A stretch of DNA of 64,000 bases from assembly GCA_026708565.1 (NCBI GenBank), contig JAPOUR010000005.1, positions 32,273-96,272 on the forward strand, written 5' to 3'. The notes beneath the pieces are model-generated. The model did no database searches, was not told the DNA's origin, and saw nothing but the letters and a program-made list of their open reading frames with translations. Below are positions 38,322-47,741 of this stretch, piece after piece. The stretch comes from Candidatus Dadabacteria bacterium. GTDB taxonomy: Bacteria; Desulfobacterota_D; UBA1144; Nemesobacterales; Mycalebacteriaceae. Made by a program: the position numbers and the translations under genes. The stretch's first letter is position 1. The number at the start of each line of letters is the position of its first letter.

Positions 38322-38669
38322 CTACAGCAGATTGTATATCAGCATGAATATGTAGCGCATGTGGGGGCTCTTTTTCTGAGCCGCCAGTTTGGGTTGCAGA
38401 TTGTTTATGCCGCCGAACAGGGTCTCATTGTAGGCCCCGGCAACCACACTGAACTCTGCAAAGTCAATCAGGGGTTCATCCGGAACAGAAAGCGGGCGCA
38501 CATTCCTCTCCGCCGCTGTAATTCTTATGCCGTCTCCGTCAACCTTTGCGAGAAACCATCTCTGCGAGTCCGGAAGCATATACTCAATGCCGCCGCCAAC
38601 CTTCTGCTTGAGCAACTCCCATTCTTTTTGCGGCGGGTCGCCGAAATCTATTCTTCTGTCTTTAAGCAC
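38322..38669 (-). CDS. Hypothetical protein
   Basis: ORF with host-like codon usage. No recognisable motif. Confidence 0.3.
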   Translation of the reverse strand: MLKDRRIDFGDPPQKEWELLKQKVGGGIEYMLPDSQRWFLAKVDGDGIRITAAERNVRPLSVPDEPLIDFAEFSVVAGAYNETLFGGINNLQPKLAAQKKSPHMRYIFMLIYNLL

Positions 38670-38727
38670 TTGTTTGTCCCCCGTTTGGTGTTTGGCTTTA
38701 ATATAACTGACCGATACAATAGCCGAA

Positions 38728-40095
38728 ATGGCCGGAAGCGAACTGATAGAAGAAATAAGGCGGAACGCGGAAAACGGCGCCCGCGCCGATGTCGCAAAGG
38801 CGCTTGGCGGGATTCACCCGTCCGAAATCGCCAAAATTATTGATGTTCTTGAAAGAGACGAGCAGTCGTTTGTGCTCTCGTCCCTCAGCAAATCTGTTGC
38901 CTCCGAAGTGCTTCCCGAACTTGATGAAAGCCTCAGGGAAGAACTGCTCTCCATCCTTGACGAAGACGAAATAGCGGACATCGCAAGCGAGATGGACTCC
39001 GATGACGCAGCCGACCTTTTGCAGGAACTGTCCGAGGAAAAGGCGGAGGAAGTCCTCTCAAAAATAGACCCTGAGGAAAGGCGGGAAGTTGAACCGCTGC
39101 TCAAATACCCGGACGACTCCGCAGGCGGGATAATGCAGACCGAAGTCCTCAAGGGCTCGCCGGAGTCTCAGGTCAGGGAAACCATTGAGAAGATAAGGGA
39201 GTTGTCCAAATCAAACAATGTTGAGGAATACTACAAAATCTATGTGGTTGACGAGAAAGACAAACTGGTCGGAGCGGTGTCGCTGGGCAAACTGGCAATA
39301 GCAGACCCCGTCGCCCCGCTGTGGAGCGTAATGGAATCGGTGTCGGGGCAACCCACGGTCTCCCCTCTTATGGATCAGGAGGAAACGGCCGTTATGTTCC
39401 GCAAATACGACCTGCTTTCCGCGCCCGTTGTGGACGAGAACGGAACACTTCTCGGCAGAATAACCGGCGATGACATAATGGATGTTATCACCGAGGAGGC
39501 GGAGGAGGACATTGGCCGCATCGTGGGACTGGGGGATCACCTCCACCCCATTCACACGCCGGTGTTTGAAAAGATAAAGGTGAGAATCCCGTGGATAATT
39601 TTCACGCTTCTCGGGGAAATCCTCATCGCGTTTCTGGTTCTGAACAACTTTCAGGTTACGCTTGAGCAGTTCGCCATACTCGCGGCTTTTATGCCCGCCA
39701 TTATGGCGGCGGGCGGAAATGTGGGCGTTCAGACAAACACTGTGGTCATACGCTCGCTGGGGCTTGGAAGCATAAGCGGCGGGCAGGTGGTGTCAATCCT
39801 GTTTGCGGAAACCAAAGTCGGACTGATCCTCGGTCTTATCTGCGGAATTATAGGAGCGTTCACGGTCGGTTTCATTAACCCGGGAGACCCAAGCAACTTC
39901 ATGGTGGGCTCTGCGGTTTTCATAGCAATGCTCACCGCAACCATAGCGACATCCTCCATCGGCGTTGTGCTTCCCATGGTCTTGAAAAAATTGAACATAG
40001 ACCCCGCGGCCTCATCCGGCCCGTTTCTGATGATGTTTAACGACATGCTGGGCTCGGTGTTCTACCTGTTCGTGGGAACGGTGCTGCTGTTTTGA
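38728..40095 (+). CDS. mgtE: Magnesium transporter MgtE
   Basis: N-domain, two CBS domains and a 5-TM C-terminus. Confidence 0.9.
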   Translation: MAGSELIEEIRRNAENGARADVAKALGGIHPSEIAKIIDVLERDEQSFVLSSLSKSVASEVLPELDESLREELLSILDEDEIADIASEMDSDDAADLLQELSEEKAEEVLSKIDPEERREVEPLLKYPDDSAGGIMQTEVLKGSPESQVRETIEKIRELSKSNNVEEYYKIYVVDEKDKLVGAVSLGKLAIADPVAPLWSVMESVSGQPTVSPLMDQEETAVMFRKYDLLSAPVVDENGTLLGRITGDDIMDVITEEAEEDIGRIVGLGDHLHPIHTPVFEKIKVRIPWIIFTLLGEILIAFLVLNNFQVTLEQFAILAAFMPAIMAAGGNVGVQTNTVVIRSLGLGSISGGQVVSILFAETKVGLILGLICGIIGAFTVGFINPGDPSNFMVGSAVFIAMLTATIATSSIGVVLPMVLKKLNIDPAASSGPFLMMFNDMLGSVFYLFVGTVLLF

Positions 40096-40781
40096 CGGGC
40101 GTCTCGGAAGCATTGCTCATAAAGAAAATGCCTTTGGGCGAATCCGACATTATGACAACCCTGTTTACAAAACAGTTCGGCAAAATAAGGGCGGCGGCAA
40201 GAAACGCCGCAACCAGCAGAAAGCGCTTTGGCGGGCGGCTTGAGCCGTTTGCGCTCATAAGGGTTGAAACGGCGCTCACCCGCTCCGGCGGGCGGGCGAT
40301 TACGGACGCCGAAGTGGTGAAAAGTTTTGAGAATATCGCAAAAAAGATGGAGGTGTTTCTTCAGGCAAGTTGTGTGCTTGAGTTCATAGACGCCGCCGTG
40401 TCCGAGGAAGAAAGCCCTTGCGAAGAAGTGTTTGCCGAAGCCGTCCGCGCTCTGGAGGCGATGGACGGCGGCGCGGGGTTTCAGGCGACTCTTGATTTCC
40501 AGACCGCCGCGCTCGGCATACTCGGATACGGAGTTGATTTCTCACTCTGCGGCGGGTGCGGCGACAGTCCGCAAAGCGGCGTGCTGGTTTTTCCGTCCGG
40601 TCTTTTTCTGTGCGGCAGGTGCGCCCGCAAGTCGCGCGGGCGGCCCGCGCGCAAGGCGTTCAGTCTCCGCTCGGCGGGCGGCGCGCTTGAAAACATCAAA
40701 TGCCTCAACGCCTTTGTTCAGTATCAGACGGGAAAAGAGTTGAAATCGGCGAAACTTCTGGAGAATATGCTGAACGTATGA
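40092..40781 (+). CDS. recO: DNA repair protein RecO
   Basis: RecO N-terminal OB region. C4 zinc motif CGGCG...CGRC. TTG start overlapping the mgtE stop. Confidence 0.8.
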   Translation: MTGVSEALLIKKMPLGESDIMTTLFTKQFGKIRAAARNAATSRKRFGGRLEPFALIRVETALTRSGGRAITDAEVVKSFENIAKKMEVFLQASCVLEFIDAAVSEEESPCEEVFAEAVRALEAMDGGAGFQATLDFQTAALGILGYGVDFSLCGGCGDSPQSGVLVFPSGLFLCGRCARKSRGRPARKAFSLRSAGGALENIKCLNAFVQYQTGKELKSAKLLENMLNV

Positions 40782-41983
40782 ATGCGAAGAACTTGAAAAC
40801 CCGCCCGCCCGCCGTGCCCGGCTTCCTTTTTTCGTCCGTCCGGTGCGGCATCAAAAGCCGCTTGCTTGACCTTGCGCTGATATTTGCGGAAAGCCCCGCC
40901 GTGGCGTCCGCCGTCTTCACAACCAACAGGGTCAAGGCGGCGCCGGTCATTTTAGGAGCGGAGCGGATGCGCAGGGGGAAATGTCAGGCGCTTCTAATAA
41001 ACAGCGGCCACGCAAATGCGATGACCGGCAAAGCCGGAGCCCGCGCGGCGGTGGAAACAACCTCCGCCCTCTCCCGCGCCCTGAAAATTGACGCTTCCCT
41101 CGCCGTCCCGTCTTCAACGGGGCTTATAGGCGGAAAGTTTCCGGCGGAAAAAATCAAAAAGGCGATTCCGTCTCTGGTTTCACGGATGAGTCCGGGCGGG
41201 GCGGAAGAAGTCGCGCGGGCGATAATGACCACGGACGCCTTCCCAAAAATATCTTCAAGGAAGGTTAAAATCGGCGGGCAAAACGGAACTGTGCTTGCCG
41301 TTGGCAAAGGCGCGGGAATGGTGTCGCCGGACATGGCGACCATGCTTTGCTTTATTCTCACGGACATAAAAATTTCAAAATCCCTTGCCGACAAAACCGT
41401 GCGCGCGGCGGCGGACGGCTCTTTCAACCGGATAATTGTGGACGGCGATATGTCAACAAACGACTCGGTTTTTCTGCTTTCGGGCGGGGCGCTTGGAAAC
41501 AAAACTTTCTCCGCTTCAAGCCCGGACGGCGCGAGGTTCTCAAAAGCGGTTGCGGATGTTTGCGGAGACATTGCGGAGATGATAGTGAGGGACGGCGAAG
41601 GCGCGACAAAGGCGGTTCGGATTGAAGTTGAGGGCGCGAAAAACGCGGCTGATGCGGACAAAGCCGCAAGGGCGGCAGGCGGTTCAGCGCTGGTGAAAAC
41701 GGCGTTCTTCGGGGAAGACCCGAATTTCGGGCGTGTGGCCGCCGCCGTTGGAAGGTCGGGGGCTACGTTCAACCCTGACGGGATGGACATCTTTATTGAG
41801 GGGCTGAAGGTTATGAGCCGTGGAATGGAGATTGCGGGAGTGGAGAAAAAAGCGGCAAAAATAATGAAAAAAAGCGGTTACACAATAAAGATACGCCTCT
41901 CGGAAGGAAAAGGGAAAGCGTTTGTTCTCGCGTCCGACTTGTCGCTTGAGTATGTTAGAATTAACTCGGAGTACAGGAGTTGA
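40778..41983 (+). CDS. argJ: Bifunctional glutamate N-acetyltransferase / amino-acid acetyltransferase ArgJ
   Basis: ATMLCFILTD autocleavage-site region. ATGA overlap with recO. Confidence 0.85.
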   Translation: MNAKNLKTRPPAVPGFLFSSVRCGIKSRLLDLALIFAESPAVASAVFTTNRVKAAPVILGAERMRRGKCQALLINSGHANAMTGKAGARAAVETTSALSRALKIDASLAVPSSTGLIGGKFPAEKIKKAIPSLVSRMSPGGAEEVARAIMTTDAFPKISSRKVKIGGQNGTVLAVGKGAGMVSPDMATMLCFILTDIKISKSLADKTVRAAADGSFNRIIVDGDMSTNDSVFLLSGGALGNKTFSASSPDGARFSKAVADVCGDIAEMIVRDGEGATKAVRIEVEGAKNAADADKAARAAGGSALVKTAFFGEDPNFGRVAAAVGRSGATFNPDGMDIFIEGLKVMSRGMEIAGVEKKAAKIMKKSGYTIKIRLSEGKGKAFVLASDLSLEYVRINSEYRS

Positions 41984-42013
41984 CGGGAGCGGTCTTCCCT
42001 GTTTGAACTGAAC

Positions 42014-42283
42014 ATGCCCACAATATCGGTCTTTTACGGAATAGTTATCAGGATGTTCTTCCGTGACATAGGAAAACATCACACTCCGCACATACACGCA
42101 GAGTATCAGGGACAGATGGGAGAGTATTCAATTGAAGACGGGGGGTTGCTTTCGGGTAAACTGCCTCCTAAGAAGCATAAACTTGTTGTTGCGTGGATTG
42201 AAATTCACAAGGAAGATTTAGCGGCAAACTGGAAACTTGCCATGAATGGGGAAAAACCGTTGCCAATCAAGGGGCTGGAATAA
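42014..42283 (+). CDS. DUF4160 domain protein
   Basis: MPTISVFYGIVIRMFFRDIGKHHTPHIHAEY is typical of DUF4160. Confidence 0.6.
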   Translation: MPTISVFYGIVIRMFFRDIGKHHTPHIHAEYQGQMGEYSIEDGGLLSGKLPPKKHKLVVAWIEIHKEDLAANWKLAMNGEKPLPIKGLE

Positions 42284-42528
42284 TGACAATCAGGGAAGTG
42301 TTACCTAAGAACAACTACAAACTTTACATTGTAGCCGAAGACGGCAGGTCCGGGCTGTTTGATGTTTCGGCCTACTTGAATCTGGAAGCGTTTGAAGAAC
42401 TGAAAAATGCGGAAAGTTTCCGCAAAGTCAGAAGTGGCGGATATTTCATTGAATGGGACTGCGGAGCCGACTTGTGCGCCGACACCATTGAAGCGGAGTG
42501 GAAACCAACGCCACAATCTGCTGGTTAA
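42283..42528 (+). CDS. DUF2442 domain protein
   Basis: Small DUF2442-like protein. Forms the common adjacent pair with DUF4160. Confidence 0.6.
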   Translation: MTIREVLPKNNYKLYIVAEDGRSGLFDVSAYLNLEAFEELKNAESFRKVRSGGYFIEWDCGADLCADTIEAEWKPTPQSAG

Positions 42529-42538
42529 AGTGTAGTGG

Positions 42539-43288
42539 CTATTTCTTCTTCAACAACTGCTGAATCCTCTGTCTTGCTCGTTGTTGACCCATTCTAAGAG
42601 CCTTGTGAACCTCATCTTTATTTTCCCAATTATAAATTCGTCCAGATCTACCGGCTAACCCATAAACGGTGTAACCTTTGATGTCTCGCTCTCGCACATC
42701 AGCACCATTGGCAATAAAAGTAACTATAACATCTGGATTTGGTTCATAAGGGTTAGTTATTGCCTCCATCAGTGGCGTTTTTCCTGCATCATCTTTTGCA
42801 TCCACATACGCCCCTGCTTCAAGAAGTATAATGATAGTTTCGGGCAACACTTTGTGGGAAGTAATGCCCGCATAATGCAAAGGCGTACCACCATATACAT
42901 CCCTTGCTTTGACATCCGCACCACTGTCAATTAAGGACTGGATAACTTGAGGATTAGGATTGGCAATACCTTCCATTAATGCCGTTGAAGCGTCCGAATA
43001 CTGTCCCTTGGTCTTGGCGTTGACCTCTACACCTTTCTTGACAAGGAATTTCACAACATCGGGATAGGGGGTATACTTTGCTGCGTAGAACAAGGCAGTC
43101 TTCCCATCTCTATCTTTCGCCTTTACTTTCGCCCCTCCCTTTATGGCTTTCTTAATATCTTCAAGCGTTGCGGTTTCCATAAACTGATAGTCCAGCAACT
43201 TATCTTTCTTTGTTGCTTCCGCAAGTGATGAAAGCCCAAAGAGGACAATTAGGGCAATGGCAAGTAGTCTTTTCATAGCAAACCACAC
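42539..43288 (-). CDS. Ankyrin-repeat protein with signal peptide
   Basis: Signal peptide MKRLLAIALIVLFGLSSLA. About 5 ANK repeats. AT-rich. Confidence 0.75.
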   Translation of the reverse strand: MWFAMKRLLAIALIVLFGLSSLAEATKKDKLLDYQFMETATLEDIKKAIKGGAKVKAKDRDGKTALFYAAKYTPYPDVVKFLVKKGVEVNAKTKGQYSDASTALMEGIANPNPQVIQSLIDSGADVKARDVYGGTPLHYAGITSHKVLPETIIILLEAGAYVDAKDDAGKTPLMEAITNPYEPNPDVIVTFIANGADVRERDIKGYTVYGLAGRSGRIYNWENKDEVHKALRMGQQRARQRIQQLLKKK

Positions 43289-43354
43289 TTTTTCTACGAA
43301 GTGATGGGCATTGTAACAGGATTACTTCCTGCGTCAAAACAAACTGACTCTATA

Positions 43355-44434
43355 TCAGACATCCGCGCCCACAATCTCGGAGATGGACTTAACGCCCTCT
43401 TTTTCCATAAACCGGACAAGCCCGCGATTTATATTACCGGCAACCCCCGCCCCCTCGCCTCTTATGGCGGTGAAAAGTTGAACCGCACTCGCTCCGGCTT
43501 TGATTTTTTCAAGCGCGGTTTCGGCGTCCTTAACCGCGCCTGATCCTATAACGGTTATCTTCCCCTTCGTCTGAGAGCGTATATATCTGACCCTTTCGGT
43601 TGACAGTTTTCTGTAATCCTCATCGTCTCCGCTCACTCCGCCGCTTCGTTCAGCCCACCGCTCGCCGTATTTGGCTTTAATCTGCGGCGAGTTTGTGGTG
43701 TTGGTCGCAATGACGCCCCGCGCCCCGGCTGACAAAACCGCGTCTATCACGCCGTCCGTTTCGGCAAATGACAGTTCGGGAGAGACCTTCACATAAACCG
43801 GAATTTCCCCGGCAACGGGGACAACCGCTTTCAGGATCTCGGACAGATACTCCCTTGCCTGAAAATCCCTTAAGCCCGGAGTGTTCGGGGAACTGACATT
43901 AACCGCAAAATACGAAGCAAACCGGAGCAGTTTTTTCGCCGTTTCCGCATGCTCCGCCGGGTCGCCGTCCTTATTCAAACCTATGCTTATGCCGACCGGC
44001 ATCGGGAACGGAAACGACTTTTCCAGATTTCCGGCGACTCCGTCCGCGCCGGGGCTGTTGAAACCCAGACTGTTGAGAAACACCCCCGGAGCGAGTGAAA
44101 AAAGGCGGGGGCGGGGATTTCCGACTTGCGGGCGCAAGGTAACAGTTCCGACCTCCGCGCACGAAAAACCCATGGCGCGCATTCCCTCAACCGCCCTTCC
44201 CGCTTTATCCCACCCGGCGGCGACCATCAGCGGGCTGTCCAGACGAATGCCGTCAAACCCGACCTCAAGGCGGGCGTCTTTGAACCTTGTTCCGCCGTTT
44301 GCCGCGAGTTCGGCAAGAAAAAGGGTCAGGCGCGTTTTTGCCGCAAAATGCAGGCTTTCAACGGCAAGGGAATGAAGCGTTTCCGAATCAAACCTGTCAA
44401 GTATGGGGCTTATCGCAGTTTTGTATACGGACAC
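43355..44434 (-). CDS. pyrD: Dihydroorotate dehydrogenase (quinone), class 2
   Basis: LGFNSPG, GFDGIRL...AAGWDK. N-terminal membrane-association helix. Confidence 0.85.
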   Translation of the reverse strand: MSVYKTAISPILDRFDSETLHSLAVESLHFAAKTRLTLFLAELAANGGTRFKDARLEVGFDGIRLDSPLMVAAGWDKAGRAVEGMRAMGFSCAEVGTVTLRPQVGNPRPRLFSLAPGVFLNSLGFNSPGADGVAGNLEKSFPFPMPVGISIGLNKDGDPAEHAETAKKLLRFASYFAVNVSSPNTPGLRDFQAREYLSEILKAVVPVAGEIPVYVKVSPELSFAETDGVIDAVLSAGARGVIATNTTNSPQIKAKYGERWAERSGGVSGDDEDYRKLSTERVRYIRSQTKGKITVIGSGAVKDAETALEKIKAGASAVQLFTAIRGEGAGVAGNINRGLVRFMEKEGVKSISEIVGADV

Positions 44435-44446
44435 TTTCCCGCCTCC

Positions 44447-45532
44447 CTAAACATTGAAGCGGAAAAGCATAATGTCTCCGTCGCACACTTCGTAATCCTT
44501 CCCCTCGGAGCGCATTTTCCCGGCTTCCCGCGCCGAGGCTTCAGACCCTGCGGCGACAAAGTCCTCGTATTTGATTGTCTCCGCCCTGATGAACCCTTTT
44601 TCAAAATCGGTATGGATGACACCCGCCGCCTGAGGGGCTTTTGTCCCGCGTTTGATTGTCCAAGCTTTTGCTTCCTTGGGACCCGCCGTGAAATAGGTTA
44701 TGAGACCAAGCCCGTCGTAAGCGGCTTTTACCAGTTTTTGAAGGCCCGTTGTCTCAATCCCCATTTCCTGCAGAAATTCCTCTCTCTCCTCCGGGTCAAG
44801 CGTTGAGATTTCCTCTTCAATTCTGGCGCAAACCTTCACCGCCGGGGCGGACATTTTTGCCGCATGGCTTTCAACTTCACGCGAGAATTCCGAATCGGCC
44901 TCACCGTCCGCAACATTGCACACATACAAAAACGGCTTGGCGGTCAGAAGAAAAAGCTGCTGTTCCGCGTTGATCTCCGCGCAATCCGGATGAGCGCGGG
45001 CAAGGTTGCCTTCCTCAATAAACCGCCTCAGTTCCTCAACTTCGGAAAGGTGTTTCCTTATCTCCTTGTCGCCGCTCTTTGACTGGGATGACAGTTTTTG
45101 CTCTCTTTTTTCAAGCGTCTCAATATCTTTAAGTATCAGTTCGGTCTCAATGGTCTCAATGTCGCGCGCGGGCGAAACCGAGCCGTCAACATGGGTGATG
45201 TCGCCGTCTTCAAAGCACCGGACAACATGCGCTATCAAGTCAACCTCGCGAATATGGGAGAGAAAGGCGTTTCCCCTGCCCTTGCCTTCGGAAGCCCCCT
45301 TGACGAGCCCCGCAATGTCAACAAACTCAATAAAAGCCGGAACGGTTTTCTTCGGGCGGACAATTGACTCTATCTTTTCCAGCCGCTCATCCGCAACCGG
45401 AACTACGCCCACATTGGGCTCTATGGTGCAGAAGGGGAAGTTTGCGGCTTCCGCCCCGGCTCCCGTGAGAGAGTTGAAAAGAGTTGACTTGCCGACATTT
45501 GGAAGCCCGACAACACCGCATTTAAGTCCCAT
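44447..45532 (-). CDS. ychF: Redox-regulated ATPase YchF (Obg-like)
   Basis: GVVGLPNVGKSTLFN. C-terminal TGS domain. Confidence 0.9.
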   Translation of the reverse strand: MGLKCGVVGLPNVGKSTLFNSLTGAGAEAANFPFCTIEPNVGVVPVADERLEKIESIVRPKKTVPAFIEFVDIAGLVKGASEGKGRGNAFLSHIREVDLIAHVVRCFEDGDITHVDGSVSPARDIETIETELILKDIETLEKREQKLSSQSKSGDKEIRKHLSEVEELRRFIEEGNLARAHPDCAEINAEQQLFLLTAKPFLYVCNVADGEADSEFSREVESHAAKMSAPAVKVCARIEEEISTLDPEEREEFLQEMGIETTGLQKLVKAAYDGLGLITYFTAGPKEAKAWTIKRGTKAPQAAGVIHTDFEKGFIRAETIKYEDFVAAGSEASAREAGKMRSEGKDYEVCDGDIMLFRFNV

Positions 45533-45560
45533 GGAATTTTTTCAACGCGCGCCCTGCAGG

Positions 45561-45636
45561 GGTGAATGACCGGATTTGAACCGGCGACCTCCGAGGCCAC
45601 AACTCGGCGCTCTTACCAGACTGAGCTACATCCACC
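45561..45636 (-). tRNA. tRNA-His (GTG)
   Basis: Manually folded cloverleaf. Anticodon loop TTGTGGC. G-1:C73 pair. T-loop TTCAAAT. Confidence 0.85.
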
Positions 45637-45648
45637 ATATCTTTTTTT

Positions 45649-45723
45649 CGCGCCCGAGAGGATTTGAACCTCTGACCCACGGATTAGAAGTCCGTTGCTC
45701 TGTCCGGGCTGAGCTACGGGCGC
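45649..45723 (-). tRNA. tRNA-Arg (TCT)
   Basis: Acceptor GCGCCCG/CGGGCGC. Anticodon loop CTTCTAA. Confidence 0.85.
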
Positions 45724-45746
45724 AGACGCCTAATCCGGCAAGCGTG

Positions 45747-45820
45747 TCGGGGCGAGAGGATTTGAACCTCCGACCCCGGCGTCCCAAACGCCGTGCGCTG
45801 CCAAACTGCGCCACGCCCCG
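45747..45820 (-). tRNA. tRNA-Pro (TGG)
   Basis: Acceptor CGGGGCG/CGCCCCG. Anticodon loop TTTGGGA. Confidence 0.85.
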
Positions 45821-45877
45821 AATTCAACGCACGCCTATTATACATTGCTTGATGAAACGGAGCAAAAGCCAACCGTT

Positions 45878-46774
45878 TCACTTTTCCATCCTGAACTTCT
45901 TCCAATACCTGATAAGCCCGCCGGTGTTCATTCCCACCGTGTCCGTGTTCCTGTAGGAGTCAAGCAACTTTTCCCCCTCCGGACGCGACAACACCCGATC
46001 TTCCAGATGCCGCTGAAACCCCTCCGCTATCTCATCGTCCGCAACACCCTCTTCAACCCTTTTGCCAACCCATGAGGAAAACTCATCAAGCGCCTCTTCA
46101 AGGTCGTCAAGGTGGGCGGCGACATCGGTGTGCCGCCCGAAATGTGTCGGACAGAGGCACTCCGGAGATATGCTCCGTATCTTGTTTGCCGTTTCGCGCC
46201 ACAGTTCTATGTTGATCTCCGGCGGCGGCGTGGGCGGGATTACAGCGCCGGAATCTATCCTCACGCCCGCGGCGTCGCCCGAAAACATTTCGCCGTCATT
46301 GGTCAGGTAACAGTGGTGATGCCCCGCATGACCCGGAGTGTCAAAAGCCGTTATCTTGAGGCCGCCCAGAGAAACCGTCCGCCCGTCTTCAACCACCTTG
46401 ATTCCGTCTTTGTCAATCGGTCTGATATCGCCCCACATTGTTGCCATATTGTCCTCTCCGAACACCCTTGCCGCGGATGCCACAAGACGTTCAGGGGCGG
46501 TCAGGTGTTCCGCGCCGTTCGGATGAACATAAACCTTTGCGCCCATTTCGGCGTACTTCCACGCCCCGCCGCTGTGGTCAAGATGTATGTGCGTAACAAA
46601 CACATGCCTGATGTCCGAAGCCGCCGCCCCGAGCGCGGCGAGACCCTTCTCAACATTGCCGAAAGTGGAATGCGGGCCGCTCTCCACAAGCGCCAGTCCT
46701 TCGGAACTGTCAAGCAGGTATGAGGCAATGACCTTCGGTGATATAAAATTGTGGTCTATTATCTTTGCGTCCAT
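45878..46774 (-). CDS. MBL-fold metallo-hydrolase
   Basis: HIHLDHSGG metal-binding motif. Confidence 0.75.
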   Translation of the reverse strand: MDAKIIDHNFISPKVIASYLLDSSEGLALVESGPHSTFGNVEKGLAALGAAASDIRHVFVTHIHLDHSGGAWKYAEMGAKVYVHPNGAEHLTAPERLVASAARVFGEDNMATMWGDIRPIDKDGIKVVEDGRTVSLGGLKITAFDTPGHAGHHHCYLTNDGEMFSGDAAGVRIDSGAVIPPTPPPEINIELWRETANKIRSISPECLCPTHFGRHTDVAAHLDDLEEALDEFSSWVGKRVEEGVADDEIAEGFQRHLEDRVLSRPEGEKLLDSYRNTDTVGMNTGGLIRYWKKFRMEK

Positions 46775-46827
46775 AAATTACAATCTACTGGTGAAGAGTT
46801 CAGTTCACAAGGCGGAAAGCACGAAAA

Positions 46828-47700
46828 ATGACACCGATGCTAAAACTTAAAACCCCGGTCTCTGAGGCGGATATCTGGGTGAAACTTGAGAACATGCACG
46901 GGTCGGGCAGTTCCAAGGAAAGAATCTGCGCGGCGATAATCGCCGATGCGGAAAGCCGAGGACTGCTTCGGGCGGGTCTGTCAACCCTGGTGGAAGCGAC
47001 AAGCGGAAACACCGGCATAGGGCTCTCCTACCTGTGCGCGGCGCGGGGATACGCCGCCGCCCTGTTTATGCCCGAAAATGTGGAGGCCGAAAAAAAAGCG
47101 ATAGCGCGCGTCTACGGGGCGGGGGTGTTTGAAACACCGGCGGACAAGGGAATATTCGGAGCGATGAGCGAAGCAAAGCGGTTTGTCTCTGAAATGCCGG
47201 AGGCGCGCTTTCTTGTGGACCAGTTCTCAAATCCGCTGAATCCCGAAACCCACGAGCGCGAAACGGCGCGGGAAATCACAGGCCAGATGCGCGGCGGGAT
47301 AGACGCCTTTGTGATGGGGGTCGGCACGGGAGGAACGATTACCGGCATCGGGCGGGAGATAACAAAACAGTTTCCGGACGCAAAAATTGTTGCGGTTGAG
47401 CCGGACGCCTCAGCCGTTCTCTCCGGCGGAAAGGCGGGCAAGCACTCCATTTCAGGCATAGGAGCCGGGTTCATTCCCGATGTTCTTGACACCGGAGTTT
47501 ACGACTCCATTGTTACGGTGACGGACGAAGAGGCGCGGCGCGGGACGGAGCGGCTGGCGAGGGAAAACGGGTTGCTTGCCGGTCCCTCGTCGGGAGCAAA
47601 CTACATCGCCGCCCAAAAAGTTGCGCGTGAACTCGGCCCTTCCGCGCAAGTGGTCACCATAGTGTGCGATTCGGGCGACCGCTATCCGGCGGGCGGGTAA
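46828..47700 (+). CDS. PLP-dependent cysteine synthase family protein (CysK/CysM-like)
   Basis: SGNTGIGL, GSSKER (PLP Lys) and GTGGTITG motifs. Confidence 0.75.
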   Translation: MTPMLKLKTPVSEADIWVKLENMHGSGSSKERICAAIIADAESRGLLRAGLSTLVEATSGNTGIGLSYLCAARGYAAALFMPENVEAEKKAIARVYGAGVFETPADKGIFGAMSEAKRFVSEMPEARFLVDQFSNPLNPETHERETAREITGQMRGGIDAFVMGVGTGGTITGIGREITKQFPDAKIVAVEPDASAVLSGGKAGKHSISGIGAGFIPDVLDTGVYDSIVTVTDEEARRGTERLARENGLLAGPSSGANYIAAQKVARELGPSAQVVTIVCDSGDRYPAGG

Positions 47701-47741
47701 TTGAAACAGTCCGCCGCGTGTGATATTTTTGAGAAGCCCCT

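Noticed and set aside
40984-41790. 268-aa minus-strand ORF
   Set aside because: Antisense to argJ. Ala/Ser/Pro-rich composition characteristic of shadow ORFs.
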